Assembly (NCBI GenBank): GCA_963575745.1
Contig: CAUYUJ010000319.1
Coordinates: forward strand, 62,001 to 115,403
Direction of reading: 5' to 3'
Origin: Prorocentrum cordatum
Lineage: Eukaryota
Length of the DNA stretch: 53,403 nucleotides
The position numbers were made by a program, and so were the translations under genes. Of this stretch, positions 1 through 14,071 are shown one piece after another. A model generated the notes under the pieces. It saw nothing but the letters and a program-made list of their open reading frames with translations, made no database searches and had not been told where the DNA came from. Positions within the stretch are counted from its first letter, which is position 1; each line of letters starts with the position of its first letter.

Positions 1-154
1 GGGGGAGGCGCAGGAAGGCGAGGCGGACGAGGTGGCACAGAGGAAGGAGGGGCAAGAACGGCGGAGGGGGAGAATGCAGGCTGGAGGAAGCGTAGCATGA
101 GAAGGCGGAGCAGCACGAGGAATGGTTGGCGGGAGGAGACGGAGGAAGCGGGTA

Positions 155-1059
<905 letters not shown>

Positions 1060-1247
1060 CGGAGGAGGAGGAGGAGGAGGAGGAGGAGGAGGAGGAGGAG
1101 GAGGAAAGAAGGGGGAGGGGAGGATGAGAAGGAGTTGGAGAAGGCGGGGGGCTGATTTGGGCGGGGGGGACCGGGTGAGGCGGGGGGGAGGGCCAGGGGC
1201 AGGAGAAAGGGCCGGGGAGAGAGATTGGTCCGACAGCCCCCCCCCTC

Positions 1248-1455
1248 TGGACGCCCGAAATTGGTACGGAAAGAATGGTTACGATGCCCAACAGCAGTTC
1301 CCGTTCATTGTGAACAGGATTCGCTGTGCACGCCGCCGCGGCCTGTGTCCATTCGAGACAGAAGGCCGCCTGCCCAACGGCGGCCGCTGTTGGTTTGGGA
1401 CAACATGTGTTGTTGGGCATTGTGCCATTTTTTCCGTACCCATTTCGGGCGTCCA
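1248..1455. mobile_element. MITE with ~30-bp TIRs
   Basis: TGGACGCCCGAAATTGGTACGGAAAGAATGG ... CCATTTTTTCCGTACCATTTCGGGCGTCCA. Confidence 0.75.
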
Positions 1456-1814
1456 AACCCCCCGCTTCGACCCCGGATCGCCTATCCGATCGCGAGCCCG
1501 ACCGGGGTGGGTCGGCTGCCCGACGGGGCGCGCGCGCGGCCGAGGCGGCATCCTGAAGGCTTCCGCCGCCCAGCGGCCTCCCTGCTGCTGCTGTTGCTGT
1601 TGCTGTTGCGGTTGCGGCTGTGGTTGTGGCTGTGGTTGTGGTGACTGTTGCTGTGGTTGTGGATGCGGTCGTGGTTGTGGTTTGGCGTTGTTGTAGTGGT
1701 TGTGGATGTTGTTCTTGTTCTTGTGGATGTGGTCGTGGTTGTGAATGTGGTTGTGGTTGTGGTTGTGTTTGTGGTTGTGGTTGTGGTTGTTGTTGTTGTT
1801 GTTGTTGTTGTTGG

Positions 1815-3270
1815 TGAATTCTCATTTCTGAAGAATAACTATTGTTGATCCCCCCTCACCGGTGCATATGGTTTTTCTCAATCAGAGTGTGCCCCTCGAC
1901 GCTCGCACCCTGTTTTTTGACAGGGGAAGTCTTGATGCTCAAACTGTGCCCCTGGCCACCAGGTTACAACAACAATGGCTCCCGCCTGAAACTTCCTCAC
2001 AATTTAGCCAGGCCCCCCGCTCCCGCCCGAGACTCCCTCGCATTTTATTCAGGAATCGCGCTCTCGCTTGGGACTTCCTGACAATTTATTCAGGAATCGC
2101 TCTCCCGGCGCTCTGGAGTCGCGCTCTCGCTGGAGACTTGCTTGCAATTTACTGACGAATAGCGCCCTTGCGTTGGAATTTCTTGCTATTTACTCGAGCG
2201 CCGCGCTCCCGACACCCGGGCACCCAGGAGTCGCGCTCACGCTTAGGACTCCCTCACAGATTACCTAGGAATCGGGATTTCGCTGCCCTTTGTGGCCCCG
2301 TTGCAGACCTTCGTGGACCCCTCGCTTTGTTTCGTGGCTCCGGTGCAGCCCTTCGTGGCCCCCTCGCTTTGTTTCGTGGCCCCGTTGCAGCCCCTCATGG
2401 CCTCCTCGCTGCCCTTCGTTGCCCCGTTGCAGCCCTTCGTGGCCCCCTCGCTGCCCTTCGTGGCCCCGTTGCAGCCCTTCGTGGCCCCCTCGTTCCCCTT
2501 CGTGGCCCCGTTGCAGCCCTTCGTGGCCCCCTCGCTACCCTTCGTGGCCCCATATATGTATGCCCTACGTGGCCCCCGCTCGTTCGCGTCCGTGGTGGCC
2601 CCATATGCATGCCCTTCGTGGCCCCGCTGTCGCCCTTCGTGGCCCCGGTGCTGCCCTCAGTGGCCCCGTGCTTGCCCTCCGCGGCCCAACATACGTATGC
2701 CCTTCGTGGCCCCCGCTCGTTCGCGCCCGTTGTGGCCCCATGTGCATGCCCTTCGTGGCCCCGCTGTCGCCGTTTGTGGTCCCCTCACTGTCCTACGTGG
2801 CCCAGTTGCTAACCTCAGTGGCCCCATCGTTGCCTTCTGTGGTTCCGCATTATCGGCCCTTCGTGGCCCCCGCTCGTTCGCGATCTTCGTGGCCCCATAC
2901 GCATTCCCTTCGTGTCCACGCTGTCGCCCTTGGTGGCCTACTTCGTGTCCTTCGTGGCCCTGCTGTCGTTCTCTCTGGCTCTCGCTTTCGCTCGTCGTTG
3001 TCGTCGTCGCCGTCGTCGTCGTCGTGGTCGGTCCCTTGTCCGTCCCTCTTGGGGTCGGGTCGACGGTCCGCGGCCGCCCCGCCGATCAGCGCTGCCGCTG
3101 GCCAGGCCGACGGTCCGCGGCCGCCCCGCCGCTTGCCGGGGCCCCGCCTGCAAGGAAGAAAGGTATACCCCCCAAAGGGGCTCGATCGAAGACGAAGAGG
3201 GCGGGTATCGAGGGTTTGGGAAATACGCGTCATTGGACACTCGAGCAGATAAGGGCGAGCAGTCTTAAAA
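1815..3270 (+). mobile_element. Dispersed repeat family embedded in (GTT)n; second, shorter copy 40330-40915
   Basis: Both copies start TGAATT.TCATTT..AAGAA.AA.TATTGT.GATCCCC, contain AGGAATCGCGCT subrepeats, and end CGATCGAAGAC.AAGAGG.CGGGTAT..AGCAGATAAG. Confidence 0.75.
2290..2965. repeat. Minisatellite of CCCTTCGTGGCCCC-cored units (~18-21 bp, 39-bp dimer)
   Basis: Directly visible tandem units. Present in copy 1 of the GTT-embedded family and absent from copy 2. Confidence 0.85.
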
Positions 3271-3271
3271 T

Positions 3272-3890
<619 letters not shown>

Positions 3891-4075
3891 CATGGCTGCT
3901 GCTGCAGGACCACTGCTGCCGCGCCCCCTCGGCCGCCCGTGGGGCCGCAGGCGGCGGCCCGTGCCCGGCTGCCCCCCCCGTGCCCGAGCGGCGGAGAGGG
4001 GGGCCGGCGGACCGCGCCGCGGCGGGCTGGGGGGCGCTGGACGGCGCCAGCCCCGCGCGGGGGGCGCCTATAGAG

Positions 4076-5510
4076 GCCGCCGGCGGCGCGGCGGCGCGGC
4101 AGGGCGGCCTCACGAGCCAGGCGGGCCGCGGGCGGGGCGGGCGGCCAGAGATTCGCCCGTGGGCCACGCCGCACGGGGGGAGGAGGAGGAGGAGGAGGAG
4201 GAGGAGGAGGAGGAGGAGGAGGAGGAGGAGGAGGAGGAGGAGGAGGAGGATAGGAGGAGGAGGAGGAGGAGGAGGAGGAGGAGGGAGGAGGAGGAGGAGG
4301 AGGGGAGGAGGAGGAGGAGGAGGAGGAGGAGGAGGAGGAGGAGGAGGAGGAGGAGGAGAGGAGGAGGAGGCGGAGGAGGAGGGAGGAGGAGGAGGAGGAG
4401 GAGGGGGGCGGCCGGGGGCCGGAGGGCGGCGCCGCATTGCCCGGCGCGGCGGCGAGGCGGCCGGGTGTTGCGCCCGGCTTCCCCCCCGCCGGCGTCGCGG
4501 ACGCGCTGGCGATGCGTGGGCGATGCCGCGCGGCCCTTCGATCCCGTCTGCGTCTCGACCCATGCGGGCGGCCTCCAGCAAGGGGCTGGCCTGCCATGGG
4601 AGGCCGACGGCACCCACAGCGGGCGCACGCCTCCAGGGGGGGGGCTCCTGAAAGCCGCCTCTCAGGGCGCCCAGTTTTTTTGTTTGCTTCCTCCCGCGCC
4701 TGCCGTGGCTGGATCCGTGGGCCCAGCGACGCCCCAGGGGGACGTTTGGGCGGTCTCCTCTCCTGTGGGCTCGTGGTCGACGTTGCGCCCCCGACCTCTC
4801 CCCGCGGTGCGATCCGACCAGGACTTGGAGGAGAATCCAGCCGCGGCGACGAGGAAACCGAGGCCTCCCGCCCCCCGCGCGACGCCCCAGGGGGGCGCTT
4901 GGGCCCTCCCAGGGGCTTCGCCCCCCGATGTCGTGGGGAGGGCGCGGCGCGCACCCGCGCGGCGCGCGGCGCGCGGCGCCCGAGGCGCGGGCGAAGCTGC
5001 GTGCGCTCTCGGCGGAGTACCCGCAGGAGCCGCGGCCGCGCGCGCTGCTCCTGCCCCTCTGGCCCTTCCCGGCTTCGGGCTCCCCGCCCGCTCCGTCTTT
5101 CCTGCCTCCCCCGTCCACCCTCCTCCTCCTCCTCCTCCTCCTCCTCCTCCTCCTCCTCCTCCTCCTCCTCCTCCTCCTCCTCCTCCTCCTCCCCCGTCCA
5201 CCCTCCTCCTCCTCCTCCTCCTCCTCCTGCCCGCCGCCTTTCGACGGCGGCAGCCGCCCGCCTCCTGCAATCCCTTTTATCCCGCTTCTCCCGAGCAGGG
5301 TCCCCTGCTAGCGGTGTAAGGCGTTTCCTGCCGAGGGAGGGACGCTGTACCCCAGGCAGCCTGCCGACCTAGCCAGGTAACGGGCTGGCATCCATGTTCT
5401 CACCCAGGGGTCCAGCTCGCTTTTTGAGCAAACCAGGGACAGAGACCCCCAAGGGCCTTATCCTTATGCTTATCCTCCTCCTCCTCCACCTCCTCCTCGC
5501 TTTCCTCCCT

Positions 5511-5544
<34 letters not shown>

Positions 5545-5811
5545 TCCTCCCTGTCCCAGGGTTTCCCACTCTCCAGGGATATGGGCTTGGCACGACTGGG
5601 CCGTCCTGTGGTCGCGGCGGGGTGAGGGGGGTGCCCCAGGGTGGCCCCCCCCCAGGGAGCCCCTCGGATCGAGTGGCGCCGTGACGCTGCGGCACTAGAC
5701 CCCCGCTACGGGTGGCGAGCCACCCCCCAGCCGTTCCCGAGTGGGAGGTGCCGCTGAAGGGGCCGTGCCCGCGGCCCCACCCGATGCTTACCCAAGCCAC
5801 CACCACCACCA

Positions 5812-5843
<32 letters not shown>

Positions 5844-8800
5844 GCCACCGCCACCGCCACCGCCACCGCCACCGCCACCGCCACCGCCACCGCCACCGCC
5901 ACCGCCACCGCCACCGCCACCGCCACCGCCACCGCCACCGCCACCACCACCACCACCGCCATCGCACCACGCCACCACCACCACCACCAACACCACCACC
6001 ACACGCCACCGCCACCGCCACCGCCACCGCCACCGCACCGCACCGCCACCGCCACCGCCACCGCACACCGCCCGCCACCGCCACCGCCACCGCCACCGCC
6101 ACCGCCACCGCCACCGCCACCGCCACCGCCACCGCCACCGCCACCGCCACCGCCACCGCCACCGCCACCGCCACCGCCACCGCCACCGCCACCGCCACCG
6201 CCACCGCCACCGCCACCGCCACCGCCACCGCCACCACCACCACCACCACCACCACCATCTTTCTTCCTCCTCCTCCTCCTCCTCGTTCTCTTCGTGCTGG
6301 CATCAGCGCCCATGTCTCAGAAGGCATGTCCAGCACGCCGAAGGCGGTGACCACGTGAAACGACACGCAGCCATGCTCGACTGGCCCCTCCTCTTGCCTC
6401 CTCTCCTCCTCCTCCTCCTCCTCCTCCTCCTCCTCCTCCTCCTCCTCCTCTTCCTCTTCTTCCTCCTCCCTGCTTAAGCAAGCGCGGTGTCCAGGGAGGA
6501 TTTCCTCGGAGGAGGAGAAGGAGGGGGGAGGAGCGGAGGGAGGGAGGGGGTGGTGGTTGACAGGCCTCTGGCTCGGCCGAGGGGGCGGCCCGCGCGTGTG
6601 GCCCAGGCCCGCCCCCGCCTTTCCCTGAGATCCGACGCTGCCAGGCAATTGCAACATCGCAAAGCATCACCACTGGAGCCCCGGACCCCATCCTTCTGCG
6701 GCACCCTGCGAGCCGGATCGCTCCGCGAGGGCCTCGAGGCCCGACGCCTGGGCGCCCACGCCCGCAGCGAACAACCACCGGCCGGCCGAGGATCTCGGGG
6801 CCCGCCGCGCTCATGGGGCCTCGCGGCCGGCGGCCCCCGGGGGCGCGGAGGTGACGGCGCCCCGCGCCAGCGGCGGGCGCGCCCAGCGCGGGGGGCGGCC
6901 GCGGGCCATCCATGCAGGCGGCCGCGGGCTGGGCGAGGGGCGCGGCGGGCGGGGCCGCGGGGGGCCCGCAGCAGGCCGGGGGGCAGGTGCGCCGTGGGCG
7001 CGCGGCCGCCACGGCCGCCGGGGCCCTCGTGGTGCTGGCGGGCGGCAGGCTGGGGCTGCAGAGGTTCTCTAGAGAGTGCAGTGGGGCACGTGCCCCTGCA
7101 GGGAGAGTATTCCAAAGCAGTGACAATAAATAGTCAGGGTACGTTTTTTTTCAAAACATGTTTTGGCTAGGTTTGGTCACTTTGGGGCTATTATTTTTCA
7201 AAACATTTCGTGCAACATCCGCCTGTAGGAGGACATGCCCGACCTAATTCTACGGTGGGAACCCATGCCAAGAGACACCCTGCTTGCCTCCAGGGTGCCT
7301 GTTTCTCCGTCGCCGATGCACTGCCGACGTCACCGATGCATCGATGCATCGCCGAGGGCAGAAGTGTCGCGGGCGGCCAAGAAGGGGTGATGACTAAGGG
7401 GGGGGTGGATCAATCATGGCGGGGGGCAAGATATCTCCTCGGACTTCATGGCGCCTCTTATTTCGATACGTTCCCAGCCCCTCCCCCTTGGCCGCGCACA
7501 TGCCACTGGCCATGATTTGCACCCCCCCCTGTTGGACGCCCCTCTCTTGGACGCCCAGGCCGCCCAGATGAGGTCGGAGCAGATGGGGTCGGAGGATCGC
7601 GCCGCATCGCCGATGCATCGCCGATGCGGCTCGATGTGGAGACCGTGCTTCTCCGCGCCGACGTCGCCGATGCACCGCCGACGTCGCCGATGCACCGCCG
7701 AAGGCATCGCCGATGCACCGTCGATGCGTCGGTGACGCGGCGCGACCCTCCAACCCCATCGGCTCGGACCCCACGTGGCAAGGCCTCCAGAGGTGCCTGG
7801 CCGACTGGCGCTCGGTGGCGCGGGCCCAGCGGCTGCTGCGGCGGCAGGAGCCGTGGGCGGCCCGGCCGGCGCCCGGAGCACGGCACCCCCTGCCGTGGCG
7901 CCCCCCTCGCCTCGCCCCACGATGAAGGTATCGGGGGTGGACAGAACCCCCAACAGTGACACGTCGATGAGTGAGTTGTCCGTTTTCGGTTCTCGAGATG
8001 GCTCCGTGGCCGTTATTTTCCAGGCTTGCGCCCGCCAGGTTTGGGCCCGAAGGTCGTTTTCACTAAACCACGTTTTACTACAGGGAGGTCTGTCCATCCC
8101 CGAATGTATGCGGCCAGAGTCGAAGACGAGAAAACTGCACACACACACACATAAACTTTGGGCGCTCCGCGCGGACTTCTTGGATCCGCGCTGGGCCCCC
8201 CCTGGCGGCGCCTCCGGCGCCGCCTCGGGCGCGCCCCGCGCGCCAGGGAGGGGGGTCCAGCGCGGATCCGAGAGATCCGCGTGGAGCGCCAAAAGTTTGT
8301 TTATGCAGTTTTTTTCTTCAGAGGGAAGCTTGGAAGACGAGGGCTTGGCATTGCTCGGACGTGTGCATCCTTCCTTCGGCGAGGACCATCGAGGAGCATC
8401 CTTGACCATTTGGCGAAAACGCCACGCACGAAACCGAAAAAAACACGGGGAATGGACGTCCGAGCGATGGCGAGAGGGTGACGTCACGGAGGGAGATGGT
8501 CTGCCAGGGGTCGGCACGGCCGCGCCCGAAGGAGGAGCTGCAGCAGCGCCGCCATCGCGCCGCCGCGGGCGCCGCCGGGGCAGGCGTGCTGCTGGCGCGC
8601 GCGTGCGCGCGGCTGACGCTGGCGCGGGCGCTCGCAGGCCTGAGGTTCGCGGTCGCCCTGGCTCGCCAGCAGCGCAGGGCCGGCAGCATTCGCCAGGAGC
8701 TCGAGCAGGACTCCGCCGCGGCCAGGGCCGAGAGGCTCGAGGTAGTGCGCAGGGTCTCCAGGCTGATGGTCCCGCTGGGCCGGGAGCCCCGCGACGCGGC

Positions 8801-9701
8801 CCTGCGGCGGCTCTTCGAGCTGTGGGCCAGCTCGCTCCGCCGCGCCTTCTGTGCCGCGCGCGTGGAGGCCCTCGAGTTGCGCTGTCAGGCCTGATGGGCA
8901 AGTTTTCCACCACCGCTGCCATCTGTAGGTCCGGGGAGGAGGGAGGATGAGGAGGTCCTCCTCCTTCTCGTCCTCCTCCTCCTCCTTCTCCTCCTCCTCC
9001 TCCTCCTCCTCCTCCTCCTCCTCCCTCTCCTACGCATGGTAGTGGTGGTGGAAACATGGGCCCCTCAAGGCCGAGGCTGCGGAGGCAGCGGCGCTGAGCC
9101 CGGGCGGCGGGGGCGCTGGGCTGGAGGCTCCGGGGCAACATCAGGGACGGGGGCTGCATCGGAGGCTGGAGGTTTCTGGATGCCTTCGTCGGCCCTCGGC
9201 GATCTTCCAGCCTCGGGGCGCTCGCCAGCAGCTGCGCCCCGCCGAGGGCGTTCCGTGGGTGCCCAGTGCGTCCCCGAGGTGCCGCCGGCGCGCCGAGCTA
9301 TGACCCAAAAGCCAACGACGGGGGCTATAATTAGGCCCTGGCGGGGTGCATCGCCCTCCAGTCGCCCACTTACTTACCGCCGATGGGGGCCCGATGGCCC
9401 GCCCCGCCCAGGAACGTGCGGGCTCGCAGTCGGGGGCCACTCGCCGACCTGTCGGCGAAGTGTCGCCGATGCCAGCTTGACTCAGCTCGACGCGTCCCCC
9501 CCCTGAGCCGGGCCCCCCTCGTATCGTTGTCCCTGAGAGGAGGTGGGGGACCGGGCGGAGACTGGCCTCGTGGCCGCCATCGCGGCCAACGCCAGTGCAG
9601 GGTACGAGGTCGGCGGCCACTCCGCCCTGTGGTCGCAGCTCACCGAGCTGCAGGGGCACATGGTGGGCCTGCAACAGAGACTGGACGGTCGCGCAGGCTG
9701 A
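4076..9701 (+). CDS. 3' part of a spliced coiled-coil protein with Sfi1-like (centrin-binding-like) repeats; exons 4076-4120?, 4985-5026, 6987-7063, 7793-7847, 8532-8888, 9145-9171, 9540-9701
   Basis: Phase-consistent AG|G exons chain to ...LGLQR|CLADWRSVARAQRLLRRQ|EELQQRR...AALRRLFELWASS...ELRCQ|GRGLHRRLE|EVGDRAE...LWSQLTELQGHMVGLQQRLDGRAG*. L..(F/L)..W(R) units resemble Sfi1 repeats. Product is inferred. Confidence 0.55.
5797..6257. repeat. (GCCACC)n hexamer microsatellite
   Basis: Direct inspection. Confidence 0.95.
7540..7770. repeat. Dispersed CATCGCCGATGCA-rich repeat; copy at 16900-17100, fragments at ~4500-4565, 7310-7355, 9340-9480
   Basis: Shared CCCAGATG.GGTCGGAGCAGATGGGGTCGGAGG.TCGC.CCGCATCG..GCGCGACCCTCC.ACCCCATC. 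Confidence 0.75.
8347..8471. mobile_element. ~125-bp MITE, second copy at 13746-13878
   Basis: TIR GGCATTGCTCGGACGT/ACGTCCGAGCGATGGC. Both copies share the core GGCGAGGACCATCGAGGAGCATCCTTG. Confidence 0.75.
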
Positions 9702-10400
9702 GGAGAAAAGCGTGTACCGAAGACGCCGGCGTACGGCGAACCACCGCCGAACCCTGCCCTTTGGAAGCGCCTATGTGGCCCGAGCTATTGGGCTACATGT
9801 TCCCCCAGCCGTTGTGGAAAGCCTTGCAGGGAGACTTGTGGGAGGAAAAGAAGAGAGGCAGGGGGAGGGTGAGGGGGGGGGTAGGAGGAGGAGAAGCAGG
9901 AGGAGGAGGAGGAGGAGGAGGAGGATGAGGAGCAGTAGGAGGAAGAAGAGGATTGGAAGAAGGAGGAGGATGAGGAGGAAGAGGAGGAGGAGGAGAGGAG
10001 GAGGAGGAGGAGTAGGAGGAGGAGGAGTTGGAGGAGGACCAGGACCAGGAGGAGGAGCAGGAGATGAATGAAGATGATTAGTGTAAGCTCAAGACGCATC
10101 AACGATGTTGCAGTAAACCCTGCCTCCAAGTTCCCGCTTCTGTCCCGCCCGCCAGAACGGCGTCCCCGGTGGTTGGGACATAGTTTCCACCATCTTGTCC
10201 CATGACTGGATTAAGTTTACATTCAATGTCCTGCCCGTCGTCATCGTCGGAGGGGGAGGAGGGGGAGGAGGAGGAGGATGGGAAGACGAGGAGGAGGAGG
10301 AGGAGGAGGAGGAGGAGGAGGAGGAGAGGAGGAGGAGGAGGAGTAGGAGAAGGACGAGGAGGAGGAGGAGGAGGAGGAAAAGGAGGAGGAGGAGGCGGAG

Positions 10401-10458
<58 letters not shown>

Positions 10459-10618
10459 GGATGAGGATGAGGATGAGGATGAGGATGAGGATGAGGATGA
10501 TGATTAGGATGAGGATGAGGATGAGCATGATGGGTGATGATTACGATGCTGATGCTGCTGCTGATGATTATGATGATGACGATGATGATGATGATGCTGC
10601 TGATGATCATGACGATGG

Positions 10619-10651
<33 letters not shown>

Positions 10652-10992
10652 GGATGATAACGATGGTGATGATGACGGTGCTGGTGATGATGCTGATGAT
10701 GCTGTTGATGTTGTTGGCGGTGGTGGTGGTGGTGGTGATGGTGCTGTCGATGATGATGGTGGTGGTGATGATGGTGCTGATTATACTGATGCTGATTATG
10801 CAGATGCTGCTGATTATGCTGATGAGGTCGATGATGATGCTGATGATCTTGATGATGACACTGCTGATGATCATGATGGTGATGATGCTGCTGATGCTGA
10901 TGATGATGATATTGATCAAGATGATGCTGCTGATGCTGACGATGATGATGGTGACGATGATGATGACGATGATGACGATGACGATGATGATA

Positions 10993-11034
<42 letters not shown>

Positions 11035-11272
11035 CTGCTGATGATGATGATGCTGATGATGATGCTTATGATGATGCTGATGATGTTGTTCATGATGGTG
11101 ATGGTGATGGTGATGGTGATCATGATGCTGATGATGCTGACGATGCTGATTATGATGATGCTGCTGCTGATGATGATGCTGATGATGCTGCTGATGATGA
11201 AGATGGTGATGATGATGATGATGATGATGCTGATGATGATGATGATGATGCTGATGATGATGATGATGATGC

Positions 11273-11319
<47 letters not shown>

Positions 11320-11699
11320 CTGATGCTGATGTTGAGATGATGATGAGGAGGAGGGAGGACGGGGAGGAGGAGGAGGAAGAGGAGGAGGAGGAGGAGGAAG
11401 AAGGAGGAGGAGGAAGAGGAGAAGGAGGGGTAGGAGGAGGAGGAAGAAGAGGAGGAGGATGAGGAGGAGGAGGAGAGGAGGAACAGGAGGAGGAGGAGGA
11501 GGAGGAGGAGAAGGAGAGGAGGAGGAGGAGGAGGAATGAAGAGAGGAGGAGGATGAGGATTTGAGGAGGAGGAGGAGGAGGAAGATGAGGATTTGGAGGA
11601 GGAGCAGGAGGAGGAGGAGGAGGAGGAGGAGGAGGATGGGGGGGGAGGGGAGGAGGAGAGGAGGAGGAGGAGGAGGAGGAGGAGGAGGAGGAGGAGGAG

Positions 11700-12585
11700 G
11701 ACCAGTGTAAACCCAAGAGTCACCAATGATGTTGGAATAAACCCTCCCCCCCAAGCTCCCTCTGCAAAGGCTCCTACAACGGTTCATTTCCACAGAGGGA
11801 CCTGCCTCGTTGGAAGACAACTTTTTGACGACCCTGAAGCATGCCAAAACATGATTCTCGGTATTCCAACGCCATGGACAAACTTGACTGTTACTTCTTG
11901 ACGACCCTGAGTCGTGCCAGAACGCCATTTCTGGGATTTCGACACCGCGAATCATTATAACTGTTGCGCCCTCATAATCGCGAATCCTTCCAAAAACACC
12001 ATTCCTGGTACGTCGATCGTGGGAATCCGTGAAACTCTTGTAAATTTGGAAGACGACTGTGCACGGCGCTGAGGCGAGAGCCACATAGTGAAAAGGAGCT
12101 GCCCTGAATCCGTGAAGCTCTTGCAAATTTTGAAAACGAGTGTGCGCGTCGCTACAGCCAGAGCCATCTTTTGAAAACCACCCGCCCTCAATCCGAGAGG
12201 CTCTTTGCACATTTTGAAAACGAGTGTGCGCGGCGCGAAGGCGAGAGTCACATTTTGAGAATGAACCACCTTCAATCCGTGTAACTTTTGCAGATTTTGA
12301 AAACGAGTGTGCACGACGCTAAGGCAAGAGCCACATTCTGAAAACGACCCGCCCTCAATCCGTGAAGCTCTCCGTAACATTTGAAAACGAATGACATTTG
12401 AAAACGAATGTGCGCGACGTCAAGGCGAGAGCCACATTTTGAAAACCACCCGCCCTCCATTTGTGAAGCTGTTGTCGATGTTTAAGCTTCCGGGTCGTCA
12501 TACATGGTGAGGAAGTCTGAGGCGAAACGCCCGGCCCGCCCGAAACATTGGCCTCGGGGTGCGACAGGGAGAAGTTGTTGATAAG
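11700..12585 (+). mobile_element. Dispersed repeat family embedded in (GGA)n; other copies 35945-38100, ~43200-43525 (minus, partial), ~10076-10130 (partial)
   Basis: Shared start GACCAGTGTAAACCCAA, internal ~70-bp subrepeats (GTGCGCGGCG..AAGGCGAGAGCCACATTTTGAAAAC..CCGCCCTCAA) and shared end GGCGAAACGCCCGGCCCGCCC..CGACAG..ATAAG. Confidence 0.8.
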
Positions 12586-13974
12586 GAGAAGGAGTGGAGG
12601 TGGAGGAGGAGGAGGAGGAGGAGGAGGAGGAGGAGGAGGGAGGAAGAGGAGGAGGAGGAGGAGGAGGAGGAGGAGGAGAGGAGGAGGAGGAGGAGGAGGA
12701 GGAGGAGGAGGAGGAGGCGGAGGAGGAGGAGGAGGAGAGGAGGAGGAGGAGGAGGAGGAGGCGGAGGAGGAGGCGGAGGAGGAGGAGGAGGAGGAGGAGG
12801 AGGAGGGAGGGAGGAGGAGGAGGAGAGGAGGAGGAGGAGGAGGAGGAGGAGGAGGAGGAGGAGGAGGGAGGAGGAGGAGGAGGAGGGGAGAGAGAGGAGG
12901 AGGAGGGGGAGGGGGAAAGGAGGTGGAGGGCCAAAATCATTGAAATCGCGAGTTCACTGATCTCGCCCAGGGGGGGGTGCAGTTCGAAATCCCCGCTTCC
13001 TTGGGCAGGGGGTGGGGCGGTAGAGGGGTTCTCCGGTTCTCCAGGGGTGCTCAATGTGATGGGGTGGGGAGGTTCCCAGCTCCACCGTGTCAAGGTGTTT
13101 GTTCCAGGCAAGCGTCCACGAAACGCGTTCGTTCGAAGTTCGGTGACCTGGTGGAAACCAGAAGGCTTGCTCTGTAGAACGTCGGCGTTTCTGGCTCGGC
13201 CTCTCTGTGGCTCACCAGTGGGCCGAGTGTATCCTGTATTGGGTTGCCACAGAACGCTGTTGTGCGACAGGCTACGTCACCCGCAGGGGCCCGACGAGAA
13301 CAGTTTTCCGCGCTTCGTGGTCTGGGCTGCTGAGTTGCCCGTCCCCAGGGGGCCACGCGAAGCTAGAAGTCAGGTGGTCTAGTGAGTGACAAGGGTTGTG
13401 GGTCGCGAGCCCTTGCCTCCCGTGCTGTGTGCCTCTTCCTCCATCTCATCCTCCTCTTCCAAGTGCGTTGTGGTAGCGTGCGATTTCTATCGCATGCTGC
13501 ATGCCAATCTGGAGAGAGGCACACGCACATATACTACGCCCGACGATCATCTCGAAACGGCCCGCGCTGCCCGAATTGCGGCTGAGCCCACTTTTCTCCA
13601 CGGCACGGCGGTTCGGCGACAAAGTGATGCTTGGAGAGGCTCTTGTTCGGGGCTGCACCTCATCCTCCCCTTCCTCCTGCCAGCTCTCCTGGCCTTCCCC
13701 CGGATCCCTCCTCCCGCCCCCCCCCCTGCAGAAGGGATGGAGTGTCTTGGCATCGCTCGGACGTGTGCATTTTTCATTCGGCGAGGACCATCGAGGAGCA
13801 TCCTTGGTCATTTGACGAAAAAAACCACGCACGAAACCGACAAAAACAAAGGGCATGGACGTCCGAGCGATGGCCAGGTGTGCAGCCAGTTGGGCAGCCA
13901 GTGGGGGGGCTGGGCGGGCTCTCCGGGGGGGGAGCTTCGACCCGCGGTCGCCCGCTCATCGCCGATCATCGCAG

Positions 13975-14071
13975 GCTTAGAGGTTGACACCAGCACCAAG
14001 ATCGGCGGCGTGCCTCCACCGAGGGAAGACGATCCCGATCTCGGCGATGGTGGTGATATTCTGGCTTCCAG
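13975..14071 (+). CDS. Possible N-terminal exon of the kinase gene (LEVDTSTKIGGVPPPREDDPDLGDGGDILASR)
   Basis: Non-repetitive, codon-like island bounded by cag|G and a GT donor, between the end of gene 1 and the kinase domain. No motif recognised. Confidence 0.3.

Noticed and set aside
13183..13218. Possible tandem relic SL (TTTCTGGCTCGG, CTGTGGCTCAC) upstream of the kinase gene; also TTTGGCTCAG at ~18871 and ~48726
   Set aside because: Matches are too short or degenerate to distinguish from chance.
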